Source: Rhynchobatus australiae
Lineage: Eukaryota
Assembly (NCBI GenBank): GCA_034780895.1
Contig: JAUZTB010000066.1
Location: forward strand, 25,170,059 to 25,232,338
DNA length: 62,280 nucleotides
Direction of reading: 5' to 3'
Part shown: positions 26,240 through 39,044 of the stretch, in pieces
Layout: each line of letters begins with the position of its first letter
How positions within the stretch are numbered: the first letter of the stretch is position 1
Position numbers and translations under genes: made by a program
The notes under the pieces: generated by a model
Seen by the model: only the letters and a program-made list of their open reading frames with translations
What the model was told of the DNA's origin: nothing
Databases searched by the model: none

Positions 26240-26330
26240 CTGATGCACAGTTTCGACCCGAAACATTAACTATTCCTTTCCTCCCACAGATACTGCTCGA
26301 CCCACTGAGTCCCTCCAGCAGGTTGATAGC
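26240..26330 (+). mobile_element. Penelope-like tail with hammerhead-like motif
   Basis: ctgatgcacagtttcgacccgaaacattaactattcctttcctcccacagatactgctcgacccactgagtccctccagcag. Confidence 0.7.
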
Positions 26331-26409
26331 TGCAACCGATATGGACCCTCTTACTCCAAATATATAGGGGTTTGATGAGACAACACCAGTTTTAGGTTAG
26401 GAGATCAAA

Positions 26410-26558
26410 ATTCGATATGCTTACCAAAGAGAGAGTGAATGCAACAAGGATTCACTAGACTGGTTCTAGGAAGGTGGATTTAGCAAATGAGGGGAGATTT
26501 TTAGAACTTTAAAATAAGAAAGGTGCAATCACTCTGGGATTATGCTACAGACCTCCAC

Positions 26559-26610
<52 letters not shown>

Positions 26611-26830
26611 NNNNNNNNNNNNNNNNNNNNNNNNNNNNNNNNNNNNNNNNNNNNNNNNNNNNNNNNNNNNNNNNNNNNNNNNNNNNNNNNNNNNNNNNNN
26701 NNNNNNNNNNGTGGGGATAGGGCAGGAAAATAGAGCTGAGGAAGAAGAATAAACAGTAATCAGGATGAATGTCAGAGTGGGCTCGAATGGTCAGCTGGCA
26801 TATTCCTCCACAGTTTTGATGTTCTTAAAG
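26410..26830 (+). mobile_element. CR1 fragments around a poly-G run and gap
   Basis: tgcaacaaggattcactagactg; aagaaaggtgcaatcactctgggattatgctacagacctcc (KKGAITL-G-YRPP-like); tail gggctcgaatggtcagctggc...ttttgatgttctt. Confidence 0.5.
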
Positions 26831-28109
26831 AAGCTGGAGAGTGTTGCATTGATCTTTGCTCTGGAATCTAACAGAATTTGGCTTTGGTGTAGGCTCCATG
26901 GAATGACTGTTCTTATTGGAATTTACAGTTTAAAAACAAATGGCTAAAGCTTGCCCTTGGGCTTGGGCTTCATTTCCAAAGGTTCAGAATGAAGAAATGT
27001 CCTCTGATCTGATAATGGCCCTTTGCCAGGTTTTCAACGGGCAACATTCAACTCAGTCTGGTGTCAAGGGAATTTTTGGAGCAGAGGATTTATACATGTG
27101 CTTCTTACTCATGGGAACTTTGCTGCCCAAATTGTTTGGTATTTTTAGTATATTATTTATTATTCATCATTTGCTACATTTTATCTCTCCATGGGTGAAT
27201 CACTGATGGCATTCATTCTTGGATGGTTTTGATATCAACAAGACTTTACACAGTACAGCAAAGTGGGATCATAAAGATGCTTTTTCAGTAGATATTGTGG
27301 GTTTATGATGAGCTGTTGCAAGGCAGACAAATTGTTTGTACTTTTTAGCCTGGTATTTTGGGTATTTTCTTGACAGTTTTCTCCATGGTATAATTTGAGC
27401 ACTTTCAGCTATTCCTAGGAATGTGGTGACCAACAGACAAGATCATTGCTATTGTAGCCCATTCTCTAACCTTGCAGGTGCCAAACAGACTCTGCCGTTT
27501 CTTAAAGAACAGTGTGTTTGACACGGATTTGCAATCATAGCTTCAGGTTCTGTAAGGTGCTTGCCCCTCTTGAGAGCATCTATGCTGCACAGATCTTCTG
27601 GGTTAGCAGTGAGATTGATGTCATATTTACGGTGACCCATAAAACTTTGACACATAAGCTTACAGTTCTTGAGATTTAAACTTGCGAAGCATTTCTAGAT
27701 GTGGATGTGTTTTGATAACGATGTAACACATTTAAATAGAGTTATTGTCTTGTTGTTAGATAGTATGTATAAACTGTTGGTTACTTTTATCATGTGGTTC
27801 CTCCTCCTCATTCTTCCTGACAATCAGCTTGCAGAGATAAAGGCCCATGAATGCTGGTAACACTTTGATACTTGCTTTTCTCAAGCATTCTGTTGTTAGA
27901 CTAGTGGATTGCAGTTGAATCTAAATCGATCTTCAACCAACATCCACATTTGTGCTTTCCAGGAGAAAATCCAACATAGCTGGAAGAAGCAGGCTCCCTA
28001 GTTAAAATCTCTCTCCCATTGCATTGCTGAGCAGAGACCAGTTTAATTCTTCACAAGCCATGTATCAAACTGGTGGATCCAGGAAATGTTTAAAAGAGAA
28101 TTTGTTCAC

Positions 28110-28760
28110 TGTGAGAGTGGATCCAGTCAATCTCCATCTGCCATCTTCAACAAATTATCCTTTCAAAGTTACACCACTGGGCACATCTTCCCCTCCTCTT
28201 CCCTTTTGGCAATCCGAAGGGACTGTTCCCGCCACGAGCGCTCTTTGATCTCGACCAGCACCCACTCCCCTTCTCACAGCACTCTCCATGCAACGTGCAT
28301 CTTTTTACCTTTCCCCACAACTCGAGGGTCAATACTCCTTACAGGTGAACCAGTACTTCACTTGTACTTCCAGTCTGGTTTACTGCATCTGGTGGTCACA
28401 ATATGGTCGCTTCTACATTAGAGAAACTAAACAGATTTGTGGAATACCCCTCCATTAGCAAGGAGGCCCCTGCACTTCCAGTTGCCTGTTTTTAATTCTT
28501 TCTCACTGACACACTGACTTTCTATCTTTGGCCTCTTAGATTGATTCTGTAAAACCTGAGGAACAGCATCCCATCTTCCAGCTATGCACATTGCAGCCCT
28601 CAATATTGAATTCAACAAGTTCAGATTCCAGTTTGGTTCAGAACTGGCCATTTTGGATGGAAGGCCATCAAACTGTGATGCCAAATCTGTTTTCTATCTC
28701 CACTGATGCTGTCTGACCTGCTGAGTATTTCTAGCATTTTCTGTTTTTATTTCAGAGCTT
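28110..28760 (+). mobile_element. Decayed Penelope-like element: GIY-YIG endonuclease region and tail
   Basis: Frameshifted remnants TTGHIFPSSSLLAIRRD, QVNQYFTCTSSLVYCIWWSQYGRFYIRETK (VYCI...YIGET GIY-YIG signature) and PEEQHPIFQL, then tail ctccactgatgctgtctgacctgctgagtatttctagcattttctg. Confidence 0.75.
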
Positions 28761-31389
28761 TGNNNNNNNNNNNNNNNNNNNNNNNNNNNNNNNNNNNNNN
28801 NNNNNNNNNNNNNNNNNNNNNNNNNNNNNNNNNNNNNNNNNNNNNNNNNNNNNNNNNNNNNNNNNNNNNNNNNNNNNNNNNNNNNNNNNNNNNNNNNNNN
28901 NNNNNNATTATAGAATGGGGACATAATTAATGGAAACTTCTTGCTTTACTTTTTTTTTAATTGAGTGCAATCTGAAAAGAATTGCATTTATGCATTGTAT
29001 TTATCAAAATCCCTAAAGGTGATATAATTACTTTTTTGAGGGACAGTAACAGTGCATTTTGTGCAAAAAGTTTGGATGGGGTAACTTGAGGTAGTGATGT
29101 TAACTAGGAATGAATAGGGAAGAGGTTTTTGACATCCCATTGAACAGACTAGTAGAACTACAGTTGCTGCAGTCTCACTAGATGATATGAACCAAGCCGA
29201 GCCAAGCCAAACCAACACTTAAAGTGCATTGGAATGATTTCTTTCTATTTAGTTATTGTTTTCCAGGATTTGCAGTGAGACATGAAGTAACTAATAACTG
29301 TACAGAGCAACCTTTGAAAATAGAATTAGTGTTGAAAACACCAATATATTAGTGTTCTGGAACAATATTTACCTGAGATAAAAAGAAAGAAAAGCAAACC
29401 CTGAAAATACAAGGCGGTTGTTTTATTTTCCCTGATCAACATTTAGAAAATGAAAGAGCAGAGTCCCGAGATAATCCCAGGGCAGTTTACAGTCTAACAG
29501 CAAGCACAAAGACATCTTGTTTTCTTCAAACGTTTTGAAGTCTTTGAAGAAGACTGTTAATTGTTAAAAGCAGACTATATTCTTGAATTGATTCTTTTTC
29601 TATTGACTACGCACACTGTGGTTTTCTTGTGAAGCTAAACTAAGATTGTATCTTGAATTTATTTTTGTATTTACAATATTAAGAGGCTTTGATTTGTTAT
29701 ATGGCCATGAAATCACCTCTTGGCTTCAACCACATGACCTTCCTTTCAAGTGCCCTGAGTCAAACACCCTTCCAGATGACCTTCAGCTGGTTTTCTCTTG
29801 CTGTTGATATTTGCAATGTGCTGCTTCACACCAAGAGGAGCACACTGCACAAGGGATCGGGTTTTAGGCCTCGGTGAAATGTGTCCAAAGCACCTAATGC
29901 CTCTGCCTGCTGGGTCCTTTTTTTTGTCTTCCCTGGCTTCATTTCAGGAAAATGGATACAATTTATTGCTTTTTAAAGATTTTCCTCACTGATAGCTGTC
30001 ATTCTGAGGGTATCTTTCCTATACCCTAGGCAATAACAGTTACACAGTTATTGGTAACCCATTTTCTTGATTTCTCATTGTCTTTGTCACCAGGAAGCTG
30101 CAGCAATCTAGTCTGAAGCCTAGTTGAAGGATGTCTGTTTACTATTGAAGTCCACAAATACTCTTCACAGGAAGGTAAAGTGGAGAGCCCAAGCCCAGAG
30201 AGCATCCTCAGAGGTCAAAGAACAAAGGCTTGGGCCCATCCAAAATGTGCATTGTTGACGTTTAACAAGCTGATCAAATATCTTACTGGTGAAAAGCTCT
30301 GGTTATTTTCTTATAGCTTGTATAAACAGAAACACCCTAAGTCCCCACAATTTGAGACTTTGGTCTAGGTGAATTGCAGTCTTCAGTGTCTGCTCTGTCC
30401 CTCCATGTTTCTTTAATGAGCCAGAGTGATATCTTGACTACAATGGATTTGCCTATTCAAGTGTCAGATTACCACATCTTATTAATATTACTTGGTATTT
30501 CATCTTGGAGTTACTTCAACCAAACCTAGTCCCTTTCAGCCCAGTCCAAGATAATTATGTATTTAACTAAGTCTTATACTTTTGCAATGAAACGCGCTGC
30601 ACAGCAATGGCCATTGTTTCATGCACTTCAGATTTACAAATTAAGGTAAGGGTTATTTATTTAAATTGGAAGTAAATCACAGAAATTGGAGAGAATTGTT
30701 AATAGGGTAATTACCTTTGCAATTATATTAAATATGTACCTCCATAAATTGAGAGCTTGATTTTAGTTCTACTTAATGAATTTAGAAAGTTTTGTCAAAC
30801 ATTGGAGTGAATAAATGCTGGATTTCAAACCATTAACAGTGATCTCTGACACCTTTTGATAAAGCTGCTTTATGTACACCTTGGACTAGCTGTCACCCTC
30901 GCTTTTAGAACTAAATGCAACTCTGCCAATGTTTCAGTTCTGTGCTTTGCTCCTCTCATCTGAAGATTTGAGTGTCAAACTCATTGAATGCACCTCCAGC
31001 AGTATGGAAGGCACAATGGGCAAGAGGCTGATATAGAGCATTTTCCAGCTGCCACAGGAGAAATGAGGGACAAGATCTAACTTGATTATAACTGTCTCTT
31101 TACTATAATGGTATCTATTACATATTTTAATCCTGTTGAATAGATGTGCAGAATGCTACATTGAATATCCAGAAAATAACACTTCCACATATCTGTCAGT
31201 CATGATGTCCAAGTAGAATACAACCAATCTTTCACATCAAAGGGACAGTATGTTGATTAAATCAGGAGAATGAACTTCCTTTTGATCTTTTAAGTAATTG
31301 AAACCAGCAATTCATGCTGTTTTTGCAATGTTGCTCGAGTCTCAGGAGAATATTCTGATTATGCTGCTCCTCCAAGCTTGGGTTGTAAT

Positions 31390-31700
31390 AGAAAGAACTT
31401 GCACTTGCATATGAGGTACAACCTCAGACATCGCAAAGCACTGTACTGCTAATGAATGAATTTTAAAGTGTAGTTATGAAGGCAACGTAGAAAATATAAC
31501 TCATAACACAGTGCACAATATGCTCCCACATCTCCTTAGTGATATTGGCTGAAGTTCCAGAGAAAATGTCAGGCCCTATACAAAGGGTTTTTATATCGAT
31601 GCGAAGCCAGATGGGGTTTCTACTTAAAGGTCTTCATTTGAAAGACCTCTGACACTGTAGCATTCCTTCAGTACTGCAGTATTAGCCTGCATTGCAGGTC
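31390..31700 (-). mobile_element. Deu/SacSINE1-like SINE, decayed
   Basis: agaaagaacttgcacttg...caaagcactgtactgctaatgaa...tttgaaagacctctgacactgtagcattccttcagtactgca. Confidence 0.55.
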
Positions 31701-33109
31701 TCTTCAACATGTATGTGTTCAGGCTGGTTACTGCAAGCACTCAGTAGTGTAACATCATGATGCCAGTATGTTAATGGGGACCATGTTGTGAGGTGATGCC
31801 ATGACTCTGTGCCATGATATTGTCACTGAACCTATCTGAGGTAGACATGACCGTAGTCTAAAAACGAGTGACATATTCACAAAAAACAATCCAGTTGTTC
31901 ACCTTGATGTTACCATGAGGTAAAGTAGAAGCAATTTTAAACTTTGCTTCATCCAACAGACTTTCCCCATCAGTAGCATTGAACTTGGCTCTAGTGCTGA
32001 ATGTGCATCAAGGATTACCCCAAGCTAAAGAGAAAAGCTTGGAGGTAGTCGGCTGCCATCCACTGACTGAGCTTAATGCAGGGGTAGTGTCTTGGTATTT
32101 GTACACTCAGCTTGAAAGTGAGATCTCAGGCTGTTGGTGTTGTTTGATCTGTTTAAACTGAAACCTCATACATGGCTTGCTTTACATACTCTAAAAGAAA
32201 AGATGTTTCTGTCAGTGATTATAGATTAGGCTCCTTGATAATTATTTAATTTACATTTTGAAATTGTAATGGCTTTCCAGCAGTCTGTGAAACACAAAAA
32301 CGCAGCTAAACATATCAGTGTCCTCGAGTTGGGGAGAGGAAAAGCCACCTACTGCTGAACCATGTTCTTTGAACCCTGGTAGAAAGTGCACCTGATGCTG
32401 TATCCTTGAGTGATAGACTACAGGCTCATTCACCATTGAATTCAACACTAGAAGCCTGACTACTTGGACAAGGAACTGGGTGACTATTGCTCCCTGTGGA
32501 ATCAGACCTAGCAAGGAATAGCACATTCAGGAAATAGTAAGTATGGGACACGAGTAAAGCTCTCATGTGATTACATGAAGGTAACAGATAAACAACTCTT
32601 GCTGCAGTTGTGTGTTCTAGTACCTCATGTCAATTCACTGTGGCCCTGGCTAATTTCCTACTTATTATATATATGTGTCTAAGCTTCTGTCAATGTCCTT
32701 CCAGACAGTATGGTGCTGATTGAATTGAATTTCAGGCCCCTTCCCTCGTTTTGGTGTTTAGTGCCACCCAAAAGAAGGAAGGAAAGTTACTGGAGGTTTC
32801 AAAGGAATCCAAGCTGAACTGTCCTTCTCATATGATTTCATTGTCCATGATATTACTCCAGTACATTCGACTGAAACTGAATGATGTCAATAAACAATAT
32901 TTCAATATGTGTTGATATTGGGATTATTTCCATGAGATAATAGTTGATGGCAGAGGAGGAGGGAATGAAAATCTGATGTAATGTGGAAACTATGAATATT
33001 GTGTCTGAGTATGTGTGGTGTGTGGTAGGGGTATATATCTGTGTGTATATTTGCATGCATTTTAGTGCTTTTATGCTTTTGTGCTGGTAGTTTATGGAGC
33101 TATTTGACC

Positions 33110-33390
33110 ATATAAGATATCTTTATTAGTCACACATACATTGAAACACAGTGAAATGCACCTTTTGCATAGAATGTTCTCGGGCAGCCTGCAAGTGTTG
33201 CCAGGCTTCCAGCGCCAACTTAGCAGGCCCCCAGCTTCCTAACCCATACGTCTTTGTAATGTGGGAGGAAACCAGAGCACCCGGAGGAAACCCACGCAGA
33301 CACGGGGAGAATGTACAAACTCCTTGCAGATAGCGGCTGGAATTGAACCCTGGTTACTGGTGCTGTAATAGTATTGTGCTGCTGCACAGT
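33110..33390 (-). mobile_element. V-SINE (tRNA-derived SINE with vertebrate V core)
   Basis: Well-preserved antisense V core tgtgggaggaaaccagagcacccggaggaaacccacgcagacacggggagaatgtacaaactcc, with a B-box-like ggaattgaaccc. Confidence 0.85.
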
Positions 33391-33411
33391 AAATATGTGT
33401 GTATATATTTC

Positions 33412-33462
33412 CACACACACTCACTCATTTATTCATTCATTCATTCATTTATTTATTTATTT
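33412..33462. repeat. Compound microsatellite (CA)/(TCAT)n/(TTAT)n
   Basis: cacacacactcactcatttattcattcattcattcatttatttatttattt. Confidence 0.8.
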
Positions 33463-33672
33463 GGTATGTCTGAGTGTAGCAGTATAATTTGTCTTAAGTG
33501 CAGCACAAACAAGGAACCAAAGGTGTGGCATTGTCTGTTTACTTAGTATCTCAACACACACGGAGAACCATGAGAACCCTGACATTTTAAGTCACATGCA
33601 CATTCAGCTGGAAGCAGGGATGCAGGAAAGTAAATTTTGTGTAGAGGTCTTTGGGCTACTTTGGCACTTTGT

Positions 33673-33697
33673 CTTTGATCTTCATTCCCTTTGATCT
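33673..33697. promoter_or_regulatory. Tandem TCF/LEF motifs (candidate Wnt-response element)
   Basis: CTTTGATC at 33673-33680 and CCCTTTGATCT at 33687-33697, in non-repeat sequence inside an intron of a known Wnt target gene. Confidence 0.4.
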
Positions 33698-34559
33698 GAG
33701 ACTGCATACTGCTGGGCATCTGCCAGTGCGGTTACAGACATTTCCCCAGAATAGAGACACCAATTGTAAGTTCCTTTTCAGGAAAAATTGGGGATATGGA
33801 GGTTTTAAGAGGATTCTTTTGTCGTCACTGTCCTCATGACACACACTGCTTTTTCATCTAGTCTTGAGGTTTATGCAAGTGTTGTTTATTTTTACAGAGG
33901 AAAACTTTGTCCAGGGCTCTTTCAATCAGAGAGTCCAAAGGAGCTTTTGCCAATTTGTATTGGGTTGGCTGCTTTCTGTCGCAATGGGATTAAGAAACAT
34001 CCTTCAATGTTGATTCTGTCCGGTGACTTCAAAAGGATTTGTATGTATGCTTTGATCATTCAATGCTTGCTGATTGGTCCATGCTAACTGTGTTTAGATG
34101 GCACGATCAATTGTATGGCAAAAATCAATTCCAAAAGAACAGAAGGCATCTGATTTTAAATGTCAAAACATACAATTTTATTTACCAAATTTACTTTCCC
34201 TTGATTCCTTTCCTTTCATCCTCCTTTTCCCCTCTTTTCTCTCTCCTCTGATTGCACTACTGCAGATTATTGTTGTCCTCATCCTTTGAACATGAAGCTT
34301 ACTTCCCACTGCAGCAGGGCAGTCCAGGACAAGTTCTAGCTTGTCCAATATGTCTTCTGTTCCAGCTGGACCCTCCTGTTCAGAACCCAAGTTGGACCAA
34401 GGAGGTTAAACATGTTATGTAATGTAGCCATGGGGTGCTTGTGGTGGAGGAAATAAATATTTACAGATGTGAGTTTGGATATCCATCATGGGGACTGCTG
34501 ATCTTTAAGTTTCTCTACCTAGCCCCTATGTTGCCTAATATTATTAACGGTTCTCTCTT

Positions 34560-34980
34560 TGTTATGGATGATGTTGTACTCCTTGAGTGACGTATGAGCT
34601 GCATTCATCTAAGCGTGGAGAGCAGCCCATCATACTCCTCCTGACGTGCCCAGTAGATGGTGGAAAGGTTGTGGGGTATCTGAAGTTGAATCACTCCCTG
34701 CAGGGTCCCTGACTTTTGACCTGCTGTTGAAGTCACTCTAATTATGTGGCAGGTCCAGTTGAGTTTCTGCTCAATAGTGACCACCCAGGATGTTTATGGT
34801 GGGGGACTTGGCACCCACAATTGCGAATCAAAGGAATGTCAAGGGTAGGTGGTTAGGCTCTCTCAGTGGGAATGGCCAATGCCTGACACTTCTGTGCCAT
34901 TAATTTTACTGCTTATTTGTCCATATTGTCTAAGTCTTGCTATATGTACTGTGTGTATGGATTGATACATTTGCTGAAGA
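34560..34980 (-). mobile_element. CR1/L2-group LINE fragment
   Basis: gtccagttgagtttctgctcaatagtgaccacccaggatgtttatggtggggga...gaatgtcaagggtaggtggttag...aatgcctgacactt is the antisense of the 9040-9190 motifs. Confidence 0.6.
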
Positions 34981-35699
34981 GATCCTTAAACAATGCTCTC
35001 TAGTCTTAGATATGTCTTCCATGGGGGGAATGTTTGTTACTATCTACCCTATCTATGCCTCTCATAATCTTGTGTACCAGTTTATTCTTCTGACCTGTCT
35101 GTAAAAAGTGTCTAGACTGTCACAATTTCGAGGGAGGATCAAGACTGCCCCTGGGGACTTTGAGAACTGCTTTGGGACTGTAGCAGTGCCAAAGATCAGG
35201 TACAAAGCTGGGAGGCTGTTAGCTGTTCAATAACTTTGGAAATTGAGCATTAGTTTACAAGAGCAGAATAGTTGAGTGTTAGGTTTTAGAGAAGAAAATT
35301 GATGACCTTCTGAGGCAGGCAATATCTGAGAAGAGAGAACCGTTAATAATATTAGGCAACATAGGGGCTAGGTAGAGAAACTTAAAGATCAGCAGTTCAC
35401 TGAGAACAGAGATGGAACAGGAGGTGTGTTTTATGGACAAGGAGAGATTAGAGAGGACATGGGGAAAGATGAGAGTAATTGCAGATATATATTCAGAGCG
35501 GAGGACTGGTGTATACTCAAACGATAGGCACCTGAACCAACTGTATGATCAAAGTGTGTGGGATGAATGCATAAGAGCATGGAGGCAAAAAAAAAGGGAA
35601 ATGAAAATATTTGGGTGAAGAATAGAAAGATGAGTAAGATAAAGCACCTGAACCATATTGACAAAGAAATGTGGAGACCAAATGATACAAAACAATTTG

Positions 35700-36600
35700 A
35701 AGGTGCAAGCAGACGCATCCCAAAAGGTTACCAAGTAAAATTTGATACCAAGCCACATAAGATGATGGAGAATATAACCAAAAGGAACACAGTTTTAAGA
35801 TTATTATTGTTTTCAAGTCACTCCTAGTCTCAACTCCACAATTCTGTAACCACCATCATCAGCCTTGCAACCCTCTTAAGATGTTTCTGCTCCTACAATT
35901 CAAAGGGTTTTAAGAAGCATCTTGAATAGCAAGCCGGGGGTTAAGGAAGGGATTGGAGATTGGTGGCATGACTAATATGAATGGTTCCTAAGAAACTGGA
36001 GTTGTAGGAACAGAGACATTTTGGGGGATTGCAGTGCTTGTGGCACCTGTAGAATTGTTGGGTGATGAGACCGGAAGTGATATGAAAACAAGGATAAGAA
36101 TTTTAAAATTGTATTTCTTAACACAATAATTATATGCTCTATCATCTTATGTGGCTTAGTCAGTGAGCTCAAGGATGATGAGTGAATGAAGCTTGGTGAG
36201 AGGATGTATACAGCGGAGTATTTGAAAGCAAAGGAAGCTGCTCAGAATGAAGTTGGAATAGTCGAGAGGTAACAAAGCCATGGACAATGGTTACACCAGC
36301 GGATGAGCTGACATAAGGGTAGACTCAAGTAGTGTTTCAAATGAAAGTAGGCAGCCCTGCTCGTAACACAATCATGTGTTCTGAGATTCATCTTGGGGTT
36401 AAAATATGATATCAAAGTTGTGATTGAACTGGTTTGGTTTCAGACAGCTGCTGAGGAGAGGGATGATGATGAGGATCAAAATCAATGCCCTCAGTCTTCC
36501 CAGTATGTAGTTGGAGAAATTCCTGTTGACCATGTAATGGATGTCAGACACACAGTCTGACTGTTTAGAGATGAAGGGTTGTAAGAGGTGCTGATGAAGT
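35700..36600 (-). mobile_element. L2 LINE 3' portion containing an internal inverted duplication
   Basis: tttgataccaagccacataag, gggttttaagaagcatctt, aaaacaaggataagaattttaaaa, ggaatagtcgagaggtaacaaagccatgga, cagtcttcccagtatgtagttggagaaatt. Confidence 0.6.
35747..36160. repeat. Long imperfect inverted repeat (arms ~35747-35902 and ~35997-36160)
   Basis: The arms are reverse complements, e.g. aagccacataagatgat / atcatcttatgtggctt and atgtttctgctcctacaa / ttgtaggaacagagacat. The ORF track shows the same peptide TKPHKM on both strands. Confidence 0.85.
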
Positions 36601-37267
36601 ATTTATTCAAACAGCTAAAGGATAGTGGCTCCATTAGTGATGGGAACTTAGTGATGTACCTGCTGCGCTTGCCATTCAGTTATCTCAGTAGAACTGATAA
36701 AGTCATGGAGAGCATTGGGTTAGGTTGTGATGCCATTTAAATATCTGCAGATGAATTGCATGCTAATGCAATGTTGTGTGCAAAGAGTGGACATCTGATG
36801 AGGATGTCAGTGTCCCAGCACCTTTGGAAGTGTCATTACATTCAGCTACAAATGGGGAAAATCAGGAAGGTTTGGATGACCAATTTTCCTTGGTGGAAGT
36901 TGTCAGAATAAAATGCATGATCCATTTCCAATGGATTATTGTTCGTGTGTTGTTCACAGTTCATGACGGGAGAAGATTGGACAGTGTTGGTTATGTTGGT
37001 GAAGTAAAGAAAGTTATTAGCAAGTTATTCTAGTAAGTGATGCTTCTTGTCACTGTGGGCACTGGAGAAGTCACGTGCTCACCAATTCTTTAAACTTTTT
37101 TAGGTGGGCAAAGGTCCACAATTTTCATTGGTGCTTTGGTAAATACTTGGTTATCAAATCTAACTATTGGAACAGATTCAGACAAAAAATTCTGAATCAG
37201 GAGTATCCAGATTTCTTGACGTAGGCTATTTGGATGGGTGCAGTGGGATCAAATTGAAAGGGCATTT

Positions 37268-37590
37268 CATATCCTAGAGCAATACAGCAAGGAAACAGAC
37301 CCAAGTCCTCACTGGTCATCAACCACCCATTTGCACGAATTCTGCATTAACTGTATTTTTTATTCTCCCTGCATATCATCACACCCCCCCCACCCCCCAA
37401 AGATTCTGCCAGTTACCCACATGCTTGGGGTAATTAGCTTACTGACCCGCCCATCTTTGGGATGCAGGAGGAAACCAGAGCAGTCACAGAGAGAGTGTGC
37501 AAACTCCATTCCAACAGCACCCAAGGTCAGGATCGAACCCCTGGTGCTGTGAGACAGTGGCTCTGCTGGGTGTGCCACTGTCCTGCCCAT
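37268..37590 (-). mobile_element. V-SINE with LINE-derived tail
   Basis: atctttgggatgcaggaggaaaccagagca...gtgcaaactcc...aaggtcaggatcgaaccc...gctgtgagacagtggctctgct...gccactg. Confidence 0.75.
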
Positions 37591-37591
37591 T

Positions 37592-37725
37592 TCATAGAGT
37601 TTTACAGCACAGAAACGGGCTTTCTGGCCCACCTCATCCATGCTGACCTTGATACCTATCTATACTAATCCCATTTGCCTGCATTAGGCCCATATTCCAC
37701 TATGCCTTTCCTATCCAAGTACCAT
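37592..37725 (-). mobile_element. CR1 3' tail
   Basis: catagagttttacagcacagaaacgggctttctggcccacctcatccatgctgacc...cccatttgcctgcattaggcccata. Confidence 0.7.
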
Positions 37726-39044
37726 TTATTGGACATGTTCTTGCCTCTGTTGTTTAGGCTTTAATNNNNNNNNNNNNNNNNNNNNNNNNNNNNNNNNNNC
37801 ACTGCCTTCTTCAGGGCATCTAGATGTTATGTGAAGAGGGTAAGCAAGTTTGTATCTCTTAACCAATCAGACTGAAGTAACTTTGAACGGCTGCAGAGAG
37901 TCTGGAACCTGTGAATTCCATGTCAAATTGGATACAGCGAATGAAATAAAGGGGGGAAAATTACTTAATACGGAGAAAAGCGATCAGGAAAAAAATTAAG
38001 GAATTTAAAACTATTTGTAAATCCCCAATAATTAAAAATCTGAAGGATCAAGACCTCTTAATTGTAAAAGTTGGTTTCTAGTGTCAGAAGGGTATTTAAG
38101 ACTTAACTATAAACTTTGAAAGGACAATGAAAATGGAATGTAGATGTTTTAACTCTTTTGTGAATTTACTTCATAATCTGAGGTCAGTCAAGGAACTTCC
38201 CATCATTTAGGATACTAGATTAGTGAATCAGTTGGAGAAACAACAGTGTTCCACAACTTCTGGAGAAGCTGGGCACTGAGGACAAGCAACAGATTCTTGC
38301 ATTTAGCTTTGTGAATAATCACCAGAAGTTGATGTCTGATTTGCTGTTGATCTTCCTATTACTTGCAGCAAAGTCCAGCCCACACATAGGTCACTTATAA
38401 AGTTAAAATCCATGTTTGCATTGATTTGCACATTACTTAAAACTGACTACAAATGAGTTTGGTCTTCAGACTGAGAATCTACTATGAACAGTCATTTACA
38501 GAATCCAAGTGCTTGGAATTGAAACAGGAAGATGAACAAGAAATATGCCTGGCCAAATTTCCAGGCTTAACACACCACTGTTTGTATATTATTTCTGTAA
38601 ACAATAAATCATCCTGTCCCTGAAGTCCATTCTAGCAGTGATGAAGCGCTGTTTGTTCAAGCTGAATCTAGTTTCTGTCTACAGACGTTGAAGGGTGGTG
38701 TTGTTTTGTGAAGCATTGAGCTGGCTGCTTGTATTTTGTTAATTAAAGGTTAGTAGCAATTGAGGGGGTTCTCTCTCCAAAATGGTGTCTGCACATCTCT
38801 TCCCCGCTTGAAAGCTATAGTTTTATTGTGCAGGTAATAGTTATGATGGAATAATACTCAAAAGTTTTTACAAGAACTCTGTCAGCACTAGGGATTTGGT
38901 GGAAAGGAAATAAGCTGTTAATTTTGACATGGGCACAATTTGTTACTGAGGCCAAAGAATCAAATCATGTGTAACTCATCCATGAAATGTGTGTTTTGCA
39001 TCTTAGCTCAAAAGGTATCATTTACAACTGGAGTGCAAAACAGT

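Noticed and set aside
26561-26610. 50-nt poly-G giving poly-Gly ORFs and a putative G-quadruplex
   Set aside because: It directly abuts a 100-N gap, typical of a two-colour sequencing dark-cycle or contig-end artefact.
35460-35670. Imperfect direct duplication (gataggcacctgaacca / gataaagcacctgaacca)
   Set aside because: Short, degenerate local duplication with no evident functional signature.
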